Positions 36,373-46,104 of a DNA stretch of 56,390 nt are shown piece by piece. The position numbers and the translations under genes are program-made. Origin of the DNA: a virus (taxonomy: Duplodnaviria; Caudoviricetes); IMG/VR virus record IMGVR_UViG_3300008450_000048, positions 1 to 56,390 of that record. One strand, 5' to 3'. The notes under the pieces were generated by a model. The model ran no database searches, had not been told where the DNA came from, and was given only the letters and a program-made list of their open reading frames with translations. How positions within the stretch are numbered: the first letter of the stretch is position 1; every line of letters starts with the position of its first letter.

Positions 36373-39300
36373 TCTCAGACCCGCCGCTCGTTCCTTGTTG
36401 TCCTGCAGTTTCTGACGGCGCTCAAGCTTGTAGTCCTGCGCCTTCTCTTGCACCTTCTCGCTCGGTTCGTATTCCAACACTTCCTTGCTCAGGAACTTAC
36501 CCGACTCAACGTCGCGCTTCATCTGCATGAAAAGCGCATTGAAGTCTCGAGCCACGCTCACTCGCTCGCGCTGAATGTCTTTTCGCATCTGAGTGATGTC
36601 AGACTTTGACAGCGAATCATCGCTGGCAATTTCCAGCTCACGCTTGCGCAGCTCGCTCATCAAGTCGGTGTAGACCTTCGCTGCTTTACCCAGCGACTGC
36701 AGGCCGACGTTCTCTTCGTCGTACTCAAACTTGATACCCATCTTTGCACGACGGCCAGCCTCGTCGGCTGCCTTCATGACATCCGCACGGCGCTTGTAGT
36801 ACTCCGACAAGTCGGTGCTCTCATCAGCCTCGCCGTAGAAAGCTTTCAGGATCGGGATGTCCTTTGAGTTGATGTCAGCAACCGGGTCCATCATCTTGCT
36901 TGGGATGTTGACGAACACTGACGACAGGAAGTCGCCGGTGCCGCCAGTCACGTTGCGCACCACGTTGCGAATCGTGCCCGGAGCTAGATCAATACCGCCG
37001 GCCACAGCCGCATCGCCACCAGTTGACGAGTTCAGCCAACGCGCCAGGCGCTGCTCCCACGAACCGGCCATCGCCGGCGTGTAGTTCTCCGAGTCCGGTC
37101 TCTGGTCGAAGGGACTCTTGGCTGGCGACGTGGGCTTGCCAAACGCATCCACGCCTGCGCCGAACTGAATGCCCACGTCGACGATCGACGGGGCCGCGGC
37201 CAGCGCCACCTCCACCGGCTTGCTCGGATCGAACGCACCACCCATCGGGTTGAATGCACCAAAGACAACCGAGGTCATATTGATCGCAGCCTGACCCACG
37301 GTCTTGCCACGCTTGGCGTCTTCGCCGTGGCGCAGCACGTCAGCGATCTGATAGCCCAACGTGCTGAACACATTCAGTCCGTACTGGATTGGTATTTTCA
37401 TGTACCGGCCGCGGCTGCCGACGCGGGCGTAACCGGTTCCAATCAGCGGGTCACCTGGCGGCAGCATGATGATGATGTTGCGCTGCTTGATATCGTCAGG
37501 GATCTTGTCCCAGTACGCTTGACCATCGTCGTCGTCACCACCAGTAGACGCCGCCATGAACGCCAGCGCGGTGGAAAAACCAGTCAATGCAGTCATTAGA
37601 CCCATCACGTACGGGTTGCGCAGATTCTTCAGTGTCTTTGCCGTACCCTGCACGCCTGCATTGAAGAACACATAAGCCGTGTTCATCGCACTGCCCCACT
37701 CGCCCTTGCGGTTGAAGTTGGTCGACACTTCCTTCGCAATTGATGCCGCTCTTGCAGGTGACAGACCCATCTCACGGGCTGCCTTGTAGGCGGCAAAGCG
37801 GGCTTGCGTTTCGCTGTACTGGCCGACCCACTCCAGCGTGTCCAACAGACCCTTGGCCGCACGGTAGGTCGCGAACTTCGTACCGGATCCACCTTCCCAG
37901 GTCATCATCCGGCGCAGCTCTTTCTGCATGTCCTTTGTGTTGCGCATGTGCCAGCCGCCAGTGGTCGCACCTGCTGCCCGGAACTCTTCATAGATCGGGC
38001 CAGACTGTTTCGGATTGGCGTAGTTCTTGATGAACAAGGCCATTCCTTTCGGACCCAGATCAGCCAGCATGGAAGTCGATGCAAAGCCGAAGTCCTTGAC
38101 TGCGTTGGTTACGCCGAACGCCGGGTTGAATCGGGTCAAGGTGTTGCGCATCAGGTTGGTAAACCAGCCAAGGTTCTTGACCAAAAACTTCGTCACCTCG
38201 CCGGTCTCGTCCTTACCAGCCTGGCGCAGTGCGCGAACCAGCAGCGGATCGTTGACCTTGATGTAAACCTCTTTGCCGTCCACCTTGACCGACACGGTGT
38301 CTTCACCCTTGTCGATCAGCTTGTTGTACTGAACCATGCCGGTCTGCTTGTTGAACGATGCCGCTGTGCGCTTGGCATCGATCTCCCACAGATCCGGGTC
38401 AGGGTTGGTGGTGACAAGATCCAAGAACTTCTTCGCGACATTGTTGCGCTCTGCTCGAGCGATCGCACGCTCGTAGTCGCTGATGATGTTCTCGATGATG
38501 TGACCAGCGCGCGACGTTCTACCCAGAGCGCGAACAGTTTCTTTGCCGCGGATGTTGAATCCCTTGCCGCCACCCACCCGTGGGCTGCGCACCTGCTCAC
38601 CTGAAACGAGATCGCTCTCGTCAGTGATAAAGCCACGCAGCGGTACGTAGTAGCTGTATTGATTTTCGTATGCGTCGAACTCATCCTGCGAGATCAGACC
38701 CTCATCCAGCAGCACCAGTCGGGTGGTGGAGGTGATCGCCATCAGATCCTTGTGGATGTCCTGCAGATCCTGCAGTTTGCCGTCAGCCTGATACGCATTG
38801 ATGATGTCGTCGGCTTCCTGATCCGTCATGCCGGAGCCTTCGTCGGATGCCAGTCGCGCGTTACGCGATGACATCTCCGCGTTGCGCTCTTTCGCATGCA
38901 TCGCATAGGCGTACAGCGCCAGGTCGCTTGTCTCGAGCTTGGCCGCACGGAGCTTGGCCAGCATTGGCTTAACAGTCTTGTCCTTGAACTCAGTGAGCTG
39001 CTCTTGCAGGCGACCGTACGAAAGCGCCTCTGCAAGGTAAACGTCCTGAGCCTCGTCGACCACGCCGCCCTGCTCCGCGATCGCGTCCTGCACTTGCTTC
39101 ATGCGCAGGAAATAGTCTTGCCAGATTCGCCGCTGTTTTGCCGTGAGTGTCTCGCCTTTCAGGTAGAACTTCTGACCTTGAATAGGCTGCTGCCGCGGGC
39201 TGAAGCGGATGTCGTCAAAGCTGTCCACGTTGGCCAGCATCTGAGGTGACAGGCGCTCACCTTTGCCATCGAGCACAGCCTGCAGACCGCGCAGGATCGG

Positions 39301-42300
39301 CGCGTCTGAGCGCAGGCCAAGCAATCCCTTGGCCTTCTGCAGCATCTCGCCCAACCACTGCTTGGCCTGGCGGATCCACGAGCCTGCCTCATAGCGGCGC
39401 TTCAGGATGTCGGTCGCATTGACCGCCCAGTACTCGCTCGGGTTGACCAGCTGATAGTGATCGTCAGCGCTTAGCGTGCCGTCGGAGAATGCATTGCGGA
39501 CAAGCTTCTGCGCAGCCTGATCACCGGCCATTGCAGGCAGCATCTGCTCAAGTGCAGCGCGCTGCTTTTCGTCAGCCTTCGACAGCGCTTTGCTGTACGC
39601 ATTCGCCCACTCTTTGCGGATGCCATCTTGCACAGCAGACGGCATCATCCGCTCGGTGTGGTGCAGGATCTCGTGAACAGCGGTGCCCTCGTTCGCCCTG
39701 CCTTTGAAGACCCGCATGATCTCGGCGGCAGGGTTGTAGTCGCCGGCGGCACCGCGCTGGTTGGCGGGCTGCTCGCGCACGCTGATGCCAAGACCTTCTG
39801 CCATGGCAGGGTTCTGAGCCAGCGCCCACAGCGCAAACTCGGTTGTATCGTAGTCGACCTCGTTGCGACGGCGAGCTGCCAGCAGTTTCTCGCGGACGAT
39901 GTCTGCGCCACGCTCGCGCTTGCTGAGGATGCGGTTGGCTTCCTTGGTCGCAGTGACATTGGCCATGCGGTCCGCAAGCAATCGCACCTGAAGCTCGAAC
40001 TCAGCAGGCGTGAGCTTGCCGTCGTCGAGCTTTTTGATGATGCCGTTTATCTTGCGCGACGCCTGCACACGCGGCGTGTCAACGATCTGGTATCCCTGGT
40101 AAGCCAGCTGGCTGATGCCGCTGCGGTCTTCGCGCTGGCTGAACGCCGGCATATCGCCGACCAGTCCTTCGCTCCAGGTCCACTCTGGCATCAAGCCAGT
40201 CTTTTGATCAGCAAAGACGGTGTCCTCGACCTTGGCGGTACGGTTGCTCTCGCCGTAAGGACCGTAATTCAGCCAGCTGTTTTGACCGCGGGTCTCGCTG
40301 GTAATCGCGCCTCGTGCGCTGCCAGTGAACAGACGCACGTGCGCCTGCCAGGCATTCTCTTCGCCTTGCTCCCGGAAGCCGGCGCCCTCGAGGCCATGGC
40401 CGAATGCATCATGCACTGCACGGAATAGGTCGTTGGCCAGCACACGCTTTTGCTTGCCGTACACCGAGCCGTACGGCCACGTGATGCCGGTGTCCTGCAG
40501 CATGACGTTGTCAACCGGCGCTTCGGTGGTGCCAAACCCCGCTTCGGTCGCAAAGACGCCCATACGCTTCTTGGCCCGCAGCTCGCGCATCGCGTTCCAC
40601 GGATTGCCGTCGTAGGGGTCGTTGGTCTCGTCGAAGAAATAGAACTTGTAGCCAGCCTTTTCCAACGCCTTGTATTGCGCAATGGTCTGACGGACTAAGT
40701 TCTCGTAGGCTTCCTTGACCGCTGGATCTTGAGGCGCATGAGGCATGTCCTCATACGCCTGCGCGATGCGCTTGGCGCGCTCTGGATCTACTTGGACGTA
40801 TTCGGCTTGACGCTTGAGGTCGATGCCGTTGTCTCGGGCGTACTGCTCTGCGACTGCGACGAGCTGCTCGTCTGGCCCCGTGGCGCCGTCAATGCGCGGC
40901 GCACCATCGAGCGGCGCAAGGCCTCTGCCTTGATCGCGTCCTGCTCGGTCTCCGGCGTCGCGTCGGCTGAACTTGATTTCGCCGGCATCGCCCCATCCGT
41001 ACTCGTTGCTGAACTCGGTGAAGACGCGCTGGACCCTGGGCGCGAGTACAGCTCTGGCCCAGTCGAGAACATCGGATCGTCCGGCGGCACTAATCCTTTG
41101 TACGTAGCTTTCCCCATTCGGGTTCTCCTTCCAATTATTTGTCGGCATGTCGCCATCGGAAGCGAACACACGGTATTCGAACTCAGGCAACACCCCTTCA
41201 GCAACCGAGACAATGTCGGACTGAAGTATGTCGTTTGTGATTATACCAAAGTTCACAACTCTTATACCAGTGGGCGAGCTAACAAAAGCGAAGCTGTCCT
41301 GCCAGCCTTCCTTGCCGTTGTCGGCCATCCACTGGCCAACCGCCTGCTCGAGATCCGCCGCCTCGCGGGGGTTGATCGGCCTGCCAAGGTTGATGTCCAG
41401 GCCGTTCGCGTCGCGCTTCGTGCCGGCGTAGAAGGGGCGGTGCCAGCCCACGCCCTCCTGCCGGGCGACCAAGCCGGCCACCGCGGCGTACACATTGAGC
41501 GCCTCGGCCTGCGCCGGGTCGACCTTGGATTTACCCTCTTCGCCCTTGGCCGGCGCCATGGCCACGCCAAGCTGGGTGCTCGGCGACACCTCGCCTTGCC
41601 ACACGCCGGGGACCAGGATGTCGTTGTCGACAAGCAAGCCCAACCGCATGGCCAGCATGTCGTTGCCCTGCTCATCAAAGAAGGTCTTCTGGACGGCCTG
41701 CTGGAAGGCGACCTGCTGCGCATACGGCGCACTGTGAATCCCCGGCAGAACGCCTGTGGTGCGGCCAGGACGGGCCTCAAAAGAAACCTGCCCGATGTGG
41801 CGCTTCAGGCCATCGCCAAAGTCAAACTTCGCCTGCTGCGTGTCGTCCTTCGTGACATCGTGTTCGAACGAATACTTGAGCCAGTTGTCGCGATGCTTTT
41901 GCGCATCGATGATGACGCGTTTCTTCTTGCCGTCGGCGTCGCGCTCAAAGCGGATCCAACCTTTCTTCTCGCTGCTTGCCTCGGTGCGCTTCTTAACTCC
42001 GGCGTTTTCCATCCGTGCCTTCATCGCCACCCAGATGGCAGCCTGCACTTGCTGCGGCTCCCAGCCCAGCTCAGCAGCCAAGCGGTTGGTCTCGTTCTCC
42101 ATGAACGCATACTGTGTCTGGGTCGGCGCATCGTTGTCGTACTGACCGGCACGCATCATCCACATGTCGATCGTTGCGCCCTGCTTGCCGGCGGTCGAAG
42201 GATCGATCTCGCGCAGTAGGTTGAAGAAGAAGTTGCCGGTCTTCTCGCCCTTCCAGAATGCGTCGACATCCTGCATCGCCTCGGTCGCCTTGCGATCCTG

Positions 42301-45300
42301 GCTGCCAGTCTTAACGCTGATCGGCTGGCCGTTCTTGTACTGCGCCCACGCACGCAGCGCGAACGTGGAGTTGGCATCAACTTTCGCCTGCGGTGAGTAG
42401 ATCGCCAGCAGCGCAACGAACTTGCGCGCTTCCTGCACGTCGCCGCCCACCATCTTCAGGACTTCTTTGCCGCTGTTCTCGTACCAATAGCGACCCGGCG
42501 CGCCCTCGTCCGCCAGCTGGCGCAGGATCTTGCGCAGTGTCGGAATCTTGCCCGGCGTGTTGAATTTCGCAGGCGCACCGATGTACTTGCCGTCCTTCAT
42601 GGGCAGCTTGTCGAGCACCGCGCCGGCTCGGCTGTATGCAGTCTTCCTGCCTTCCAGCGCAGCCTTGACTCGAGGCGCTGCAGACGTGGTGAACACGATG
42701 CCGTCTTTGGTGACGCGACCCTTCACGTCATCCGGGATCTGCGCACGGATAGCATCCGGGTCACCGTAGACCACGGCCGTGCCGTCCTTCATCGTGCGAA
42801 CTTCAAAGTCACCTACCTGTTCTGCGCCACGGCGGGACATGACAGGCTCGGCTGTCTGCTCTGTCTGAACCTGCACTTGCTGTTCAGCCAGGTTGCCTTT
42901 GCGGAACTGGATCAGCGCATCGCGCGCCACCATCTTGGCTTTGTTCAGATCGCGGATGTACTGGTCGACCTTCGCGGACTCTTTGGTGCCCTGAGTCTTA
43001 CCGCCCTTCAGCTTGGCAATCAGGTTGTCGACGACGGCCAGCCAGCGCCGCACAAAACCTTCGAAGCCCTGCGGATCTTGCTGTGCCAGATCAATCAAGA
43101 ATTCCCGGTCTTGCGCACGGTTGCCAAGGAAGTCGGCAACCATCTCCGAGCGCGTGGCCGGTGCAGTCATGAACGCCTGCACCTTAGCTTCACGCTCTGC
43201 GGGATCGGCAATCTTTGCAAGATCAGCCTTGTGCAGGAAGTTTTCGATGTAGGCGCGCTTGCCCTCATCGGTCATGTCATCAAAGATGCTGTCAAGCTGC
43301 GCGGTAAATTCCTGCGCAGACTTGCTGCCAGAAGCTGCCAGCTGCTCTGCTACGTGACGCAGCTCGTGCAGCACCGTCTTCGGTGCATCGATCGCTGTTG
43401 AATCAAGCGACGTGTTGACGAACGCAATACCGCCCAGCGCAAACCCGTTGTCGCCCCTTGGATCGCTGTATGCGACAACGCGATTGCCGGTGCCAGTCGC
43501 ATCACCAAAGATACGGCCAAGCGCGCTGACAGTGGTCTCTGCATCCGCATCGGGAGTGCCGAGCTTTGGCGCATCCGGCAAACGACCGCGGGTGACAAGA
43601 TCATCTAGGTACGCTTGTACGCTGGCTCGAGAATCGGGAGCGCGTGGATTTCGGGCAAACTCTGCAAGGACGGCGTCAGGCACCGGCGACTGTCGGTCGA
43701 GGAGGTCTGGGAGCTGTCTTGCTGAGGCTGCTGGTACTTCTTGTCCTTGCGCTTCTGCTTGGACGGCTTGAGCGGTTTGAGCGACACGGGGCGTCTCCTG
43801 TGTGGGGGCGTTCAGCCCAATGGTTTCCACGGTGCCGGCGGCGGTTCCGGCGGCGGGTAATGCTTGTCTTGTGGGGGCAGCGGGTACTTGGGCATCGAAC
43901 TTTTCGTATCCAGCCAAGCGGTACTTACCGCTCGGCATTTGCTCAACCTTCCAGTCGAGCGTGGGGAACATGCGCTGACGGCCAGGCAATGCCTGCCCGG
44001 CGTCAGCCTCGGTGACATAGCCATCTCCACGCCGGCCAGTCCATTGCTCAACCGGCTGTGTATTAGCATTGTTATCTTGCTGCGGATTCAAGGCAGCCTG
44101 AACACGTGCGGCCAGGTCCTGATCAGTGGCGCGCTGGTCAACCTGCGGCAGCCTACTTAGACCGGGAGGCAGTTCTCCGGCTCGGCCTCGAGCAGCCACA
44201 TCCGCCCCAGCATTGGCTGTAATGCTTCCGGCATCTCCACCAATTCGTGCGGTGTCATCGATACCAAGTCCTGGAATGCCCAGGCTTCCGCCAAGCTGAT
44301 CGCTCCCTGTGAGACTGCCCAAGCCAGTTGCGGCTCTAGTTGCGCTATCTGTGCTGACATCAGGAACCTCCGTAGAAGCAGGAACAATGATCGGAGCCAG
44401 GCCAGCCTTCGCGCTTGGGCTGTCGGCAGGTGTGAAGTTCATCTCGCTGCGCATAGGCGCAGCTGTAGCAACGTCGCCGGGTGGGCGCGTTGTCTGCGAA
44501 GGGTCAATCAGTGTCGGGTCATACGTCTTGGGATCCAGCAGGTACGTGGCTGTGAGATCACCCGCGCTGGCCATCTGATCCTGCTGTTGCTGCTGCTGCG
44601 CGTCTTTGTACTGACTGCGAATGGCAGCTGCACTGAATGGCGCCGACGTGACGAGCGCGGTTCCCATTGCTTCTGGAACGCCCTCAAACAGCGACTGCTT
44701 AGGATCGACAGTGCGAGTCACCACGTTACTGCCCAGCTGCGTGCCGCCCTCCTCGAGCTGCTCACCGACCAGATCTTTGCCGGCGGTCTTTGCCATCCCC
44801 TTGACGGTCAGCGCCTCTGCCGCAGTCTTACCCAAGCCTCGAGAAGCGATCGCAGCCTCAGCACCAGCGTAGCCAAGCAGACCAAGCGGAGCGGTAATTA
44901 GAGCCGCCATCCTGGCCTTGGTCGTGGCGATCTCTTCGATCGCCTGCGACTCAGTCTTGCCTTCCTTAACCAGCTTCTGGAAGTCGGGGTTCTGCCTCCA
45001 AACGGACAGAGGAACTTTGTCCCGGTCGGTCAGGTTTTCGTACACGTTGCCAGCCGCATCACCGCCAGCCATGACCATGGATGCACCCACGCCGCCGGTC
45101 GTTGTGCCGATGGCTCTACCGGCTGTGGAAAGACCGCCGCCGGTGATTGCCTCGCTCACAGCGACAGCAGGACTCACCCGGCCAGCAACATTCACTGCGC
45201 CAGATGTAGCCGCGCCGACCACTCGTGCTGCGCCCACAATGCCAAGGAAGTTCGGCAACTGTTTGGCAGCTTCAGAAATAGTCAGCGTTGGGTCAGTGAC

Positions 45301-46101
45301 GAGCTGCTGCACTGTCGCCACGTACTGATTGAAGAAACCTTCTTCGCTGAGAACACGCTCCCTGAAACGCTCACGGCTTGCCTTCAGGACATCGGACTCT
45401 GCCGCCTGCAGTTCCTTCTGCGTCTCGCGCAGTGTCTGAGCAATCTCGCTGCTGGGCGCAATGATGTTGATGGGTAGTTGAACGAGACCGACACCACCCT
45501 GCGACAGACTTGAGATTGTGTCGATCGCCCACTCACCAGGCGTTCTAAACTCTTCTGCCTTGGCGTCGCGTGCTCCACGAATATTGACCGGGTCTTTTGC
45601 TTTCTTTACCAGCTCACCAAAGCTTGGCGCGTTGACGCGCTCCATACCTTTGGCAGTACGCTGAACGACTGCGTTGTCGCTCTTTGCCAATCCGCTGCGC
45701 ACAAGGTCAGCTTGAGATGCAGTCTCGGAAGAGATGGGGCCGGCACCGTACGACAAACGGCGATCCAAGTCAGAACGCACTTGCTCGGGCGTGGCTTTGT
45801 AACCATCCATCACGCTCTTTGGTTCCGGCTTGAAAAAGTCGGCCACGCGCTGAATGATGCCGCGCTCATCCTTGGCAGGATTCAGCGGGTTGTCGACAGT
45901 GTCGCGCTTGCCTGGCTGGGGTGCAGCGCGGGGAACTGATGTGGTAGCAAGGAACTGATCCCTTGCAATAGACAAATCTTCTTGCGGAACTTGAGGCGCG
46001 ATCACCGATTCAAAATACTGGTTACGAGCCTCTTCCTGTTCTTCAAGAGAGAGGGCCTGGAATGCGGGGCTTCCCGCTACGTCAGACCATTTCTTTGCCA
46101 T
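36370..46101 (-). CDS. Large polyvalent internal virion / ejection protein, 3243 aa
   Basis: C-terminal LPD38-like region (NFNRKG, FFNAGVQG, WDKIP, KIPIQYG); HELRH and HEILH zincin motifs; RAVHDAFGH domain; WY...TIDMWM...QVQAAIW domain; last gene of the ejection operon. Confidence 0.85.
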   Translation of the reverse strand: MAKKWSDVAGSPAFQALSLEEQEEARNQYFESVIAPQVPQEDLSIARDQFLATTSVPRAAPQPGKRDTVDNPLNPAKDERGIIQRVADFFKPEPKSVMDGYKATPEQVRSDLDRRLSYGAGPISSETASQADLVRSGLAKSDNAVVQRTAKGMERVNAPSFGELVKKAKDPVNIRGARDAKAEEFRTPGEWAIDTISSLSQGGVGLVQLPINIIAPSSEIAQTLRETQKELQAAESDVLKASRERFRERVLSEEGFFNQYVATVQQLVTDPTLTISEAAKQLPNFLGIVGAARVVGAATSGAVNVAGRVSPAVAVSEAITGGGLSTAGRAIGTTTGGVGASMVMAGGDAAGNVYENLTDRDKVPLSVWRQNPDFQKLVKEGKTESQAIEEIATTKARMAALITAPLGLLGYAGAEAAIASRGLGKTAAEALTVKGMAKTAGKDLVGEQLEEGGTQLGSNVVTRTVDPKQSLFEGVPEAMGTALVTSAPFSAAAIRSQYKDAQQQQQQDQMASAGDLTATYLLDPKTYDPTLIDPSQTTRPPGDVATAAPMRSEMNFTPADSPSAKAGLAPIIVPASTEVPDVSTDSATRAATGLGSLTGSDQLGGSLGIPGLGIDDTARIGGDAGSITANAGADVAARGRAGELPPGLSRLPQVDQRATDQDLAARVQAALNPQQDNNANTQPVEQWTGRRGDGYVTEADAGQALPGRQRMFPTLDWKVEQMPSGKYRLAGYEKFDAQVPAAPTRQALPAAGTAAGTVETIGLNAPTQETPRVAQTAQAVQAEAQGQEVPAASARQLPDLLDRQSPVPDAVLAEFARNPRAPDSRASVQAYLDDLVTRGRLPDAPKLGTPDADAETTVSALGRIFGDATGTGNRVVAYSDPRGDNGFALGGIAFVNTSLDSTAIDAPKTVLHELRHVAEQLAASGSKSAQEFTAQLDSIFDDMTDEGKRAYIENFLHKADLAKIADPAEREAKVQAFMTAPATRSEMVADFLGNRAQDREFLIDLAQQDPQGFEGFVRRWLAVVDNLIAKLKGGKTQGTKESAKVDQYIRDLNKAKMVARDALIQFRKGNLAEQQVQVQTEQTAEPVMSRRGAEQVGDFEVRTMKDGTAVVYGDPDAIRAQIPDDVKGRVTKDGIVFTTSAAPRVKAALEGRKTAYSRAGAVLDKLPMKDGKYIGAPAKFNTPGKIPTLRKILRQLADEGAPGRYWYENSGKEVLKMVGGDVQEARKFVALLAIYSPQAKVDANSTFALRAWAQYKNGQPISVKTGSQDRKATEAMQDVDAFWKGEKTGNFFFNLLREIDPSTAGKQGATIDMWMMRAGQYDNDAPTQTQYAFMENETNRLAAELGWEPQQVQAAIWVAMKARMENAGVKKRTEASSEKKGWIRFERDADGKKKRVIIDAQKHRDNWLKYSFEHDVTKDDTQQAKFDFGDGLKRHIGQVSFEARPGRTTGVLPGIHSAPYAQQVAFQQAVQKTFFDEQGNDMLAMRLGLLVDNDILVPGVWQGEVSPSTQLGVAMAPAKGEEGKSKVDPAQAEALNVYAAVAGLVARQEGVGWHRPFYAGTKRDANGLDINLGRPINPREAADLEQAVGQWMADNGKEGWQDSFAFVSSPTGIRVVNFGIITNDILQSDIVSVAEGVLPEFEYRVFASDGDMPTNNWKENPNGESYVQRISAAGRSDVLDWARAVLAPRVQRVFTEFSNEYGWGDAGEIKFSRRDAGDRAGRDQGRGLAPLDGAPRIDGATGPDEQLVAVAEQYARDNGIDLKRQAEYVQVDPERAKRIAQAYEDMPHAPQDPAVKEAYENLVRQTIAQYKALEKAGYKFYFFDETNDPYDGNPWNAMRELRAKKRMGVFATEAGFGTTEAPVDNVMLQDTGITWPYGSVYGKQKRVLANDLFRAVHDAFGHGLEGAGFREQGEENAWQAHVRLFTGSARGAITSETRGQNSWLNYGPYGESNRTAKVEDTVFADQKTGLMPEWTWSEGLVGDMPAFSQREDRSGISQLAYQGYQIVDTPRVQASRKINGIIKKLDDGKLTPAEFELQVRLLADRMANVTATKEANRILSKRERGADIVREKLLAARRRNEVDYDTTEFALWALAQNPAMAEGLGISVREQPANQRGAAGDYNPAAEIMRVFKGRANEGTAVHEILHHTERMMPSAVQDGIRKEWANAYSKALSKADEKQRAALEQMLPAMAGDQAAQKLVRNAFSDGTLSADDHYQLVNPSEYWAVNATDILKRRYEAGSWIRQAKQWLGEMLQKAKGLLGLRSDAPILRGLQAVLDGKGERLSPQMLANVDSFDDIRFSPRQQPIQGQKFYLKGETLTAKQRRIWQDYFLRMKQVQDAIAEQGGVVDEAQDVYLAEALSYGRLQEQLTEFKDKTVKPMLAKLRAAKLETSDLALYAYAMHAKERNAEMSSRNARLASDEGSGMTDQEADDIINAYQADGKLQDLQDIHKDLMAITSTTRLVLLDEGLISQDEFDAYENQYSYYVPLRGFITDESDLVSGEQVRSPRVGGGKGFNIRGKETVRALGRTSRAGHIIENIISDYERAIARAERNNVAKKFLDLVTTNPDPDLWEIDAKRTAASFNKQTGMVQYNKLIDKGEDTVSVKVDGKEVYIKVNDPLLVRALRQAGKDETGEVTKFLVKNLGWFTNLMRNTLTRFNPAFGVTNAVKDFGFASTSMLADLGPKGMALFIKNYANPKQSGPIYEEFRAAGATTGGWHMRNTKDMQKELRRMMTWEGGSGTKFATYRAAKGLLDTLEWVGQYSETQARFAAYKAAREMGLSPARAASIAKEVSTNFNRKGEWGSAMNTAYVFFNAGVQGTAKTLKNLRNPYVMGLMTALTGFSTALAFMAASTGGDDDDGQAYWDKIPDDIKQRNIIIMLPPGDPLIGTGYARVGSRGRYMKIPIQYGLNVFSTLGYQIADVLRHGEDAKRGKTVGQAAINMTSVVFGAFNPMGGAFDPSKPVEVALAAAPSIVDVGIQFGAGVDAFGKPTSPAKSPFDQRPDSENYTPAMAGSWEQRLARWLNSSTGGDAAVAGGIDLAPGTIRNVVRNVTGGTGDFLSSVFVNIPSKMMDPVADINSKDIPILKAFYGEADESTDLSEYYKRRADVMKAADEAGRRAKMGIKFEYDEENVGLQSLGKAAKVYTDLMSELRKRELEIASDDSLSKSDITQMRKDIQRERVSVARDFNALFMQMKRDVESGKFLSKEVLEYEPSEKVQEKAQDYKLERRQKLQDNKERAAGLR
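40788..41117 (-). CDS. Putative nested out-of-frame gene within the giant gene
   Basis: AAGGAG RBS about 7 nt before ATG 41117; MGKATYKGLVPPDDPMFSTGPELYSRPG then Ser-rich sequence. Confidence 0.4.
   Translation of the reverse strand: MGKATYKGLVPPDDPMFSTGPELYSRPGSSASSPSSATSTDGAMPAKSSSADATPETEQDAIKAEALRRSMVRRALTAPRGQTSSSSQSQSSTPETTASTSSVKPNTSK
44157..44360 (-). CDS. Putative nested out-of-frame gene within the giant gene, 67 aa
   Basis: GGAGG 6 nt before ATG 44360; protein-like helical sequence where the main frame is low-complexity linker. Confidence 0.55.
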   Translation of the reverse strand: MSAQIAQLEPQLAWAVSQGAISLAEAWAFQDLVSMTPHELVEMPEALQPMLGRMWLLEAEPENCLPV

Positions 46102-46104
46102 AGT

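Noticed and set aside
43605-43787. Third nested gene as a firm feature
   Set aside because: AGGAG plus GTG is present but the product is low-complexity; mentioned only as weak support.
36370-46101. N4-like virion RNA polymerase
   Set aside because: Size and capsid type are suggestive, but I see no polymerase motifs; LPD38-like and zincin motifs fit a polyvalent protein.
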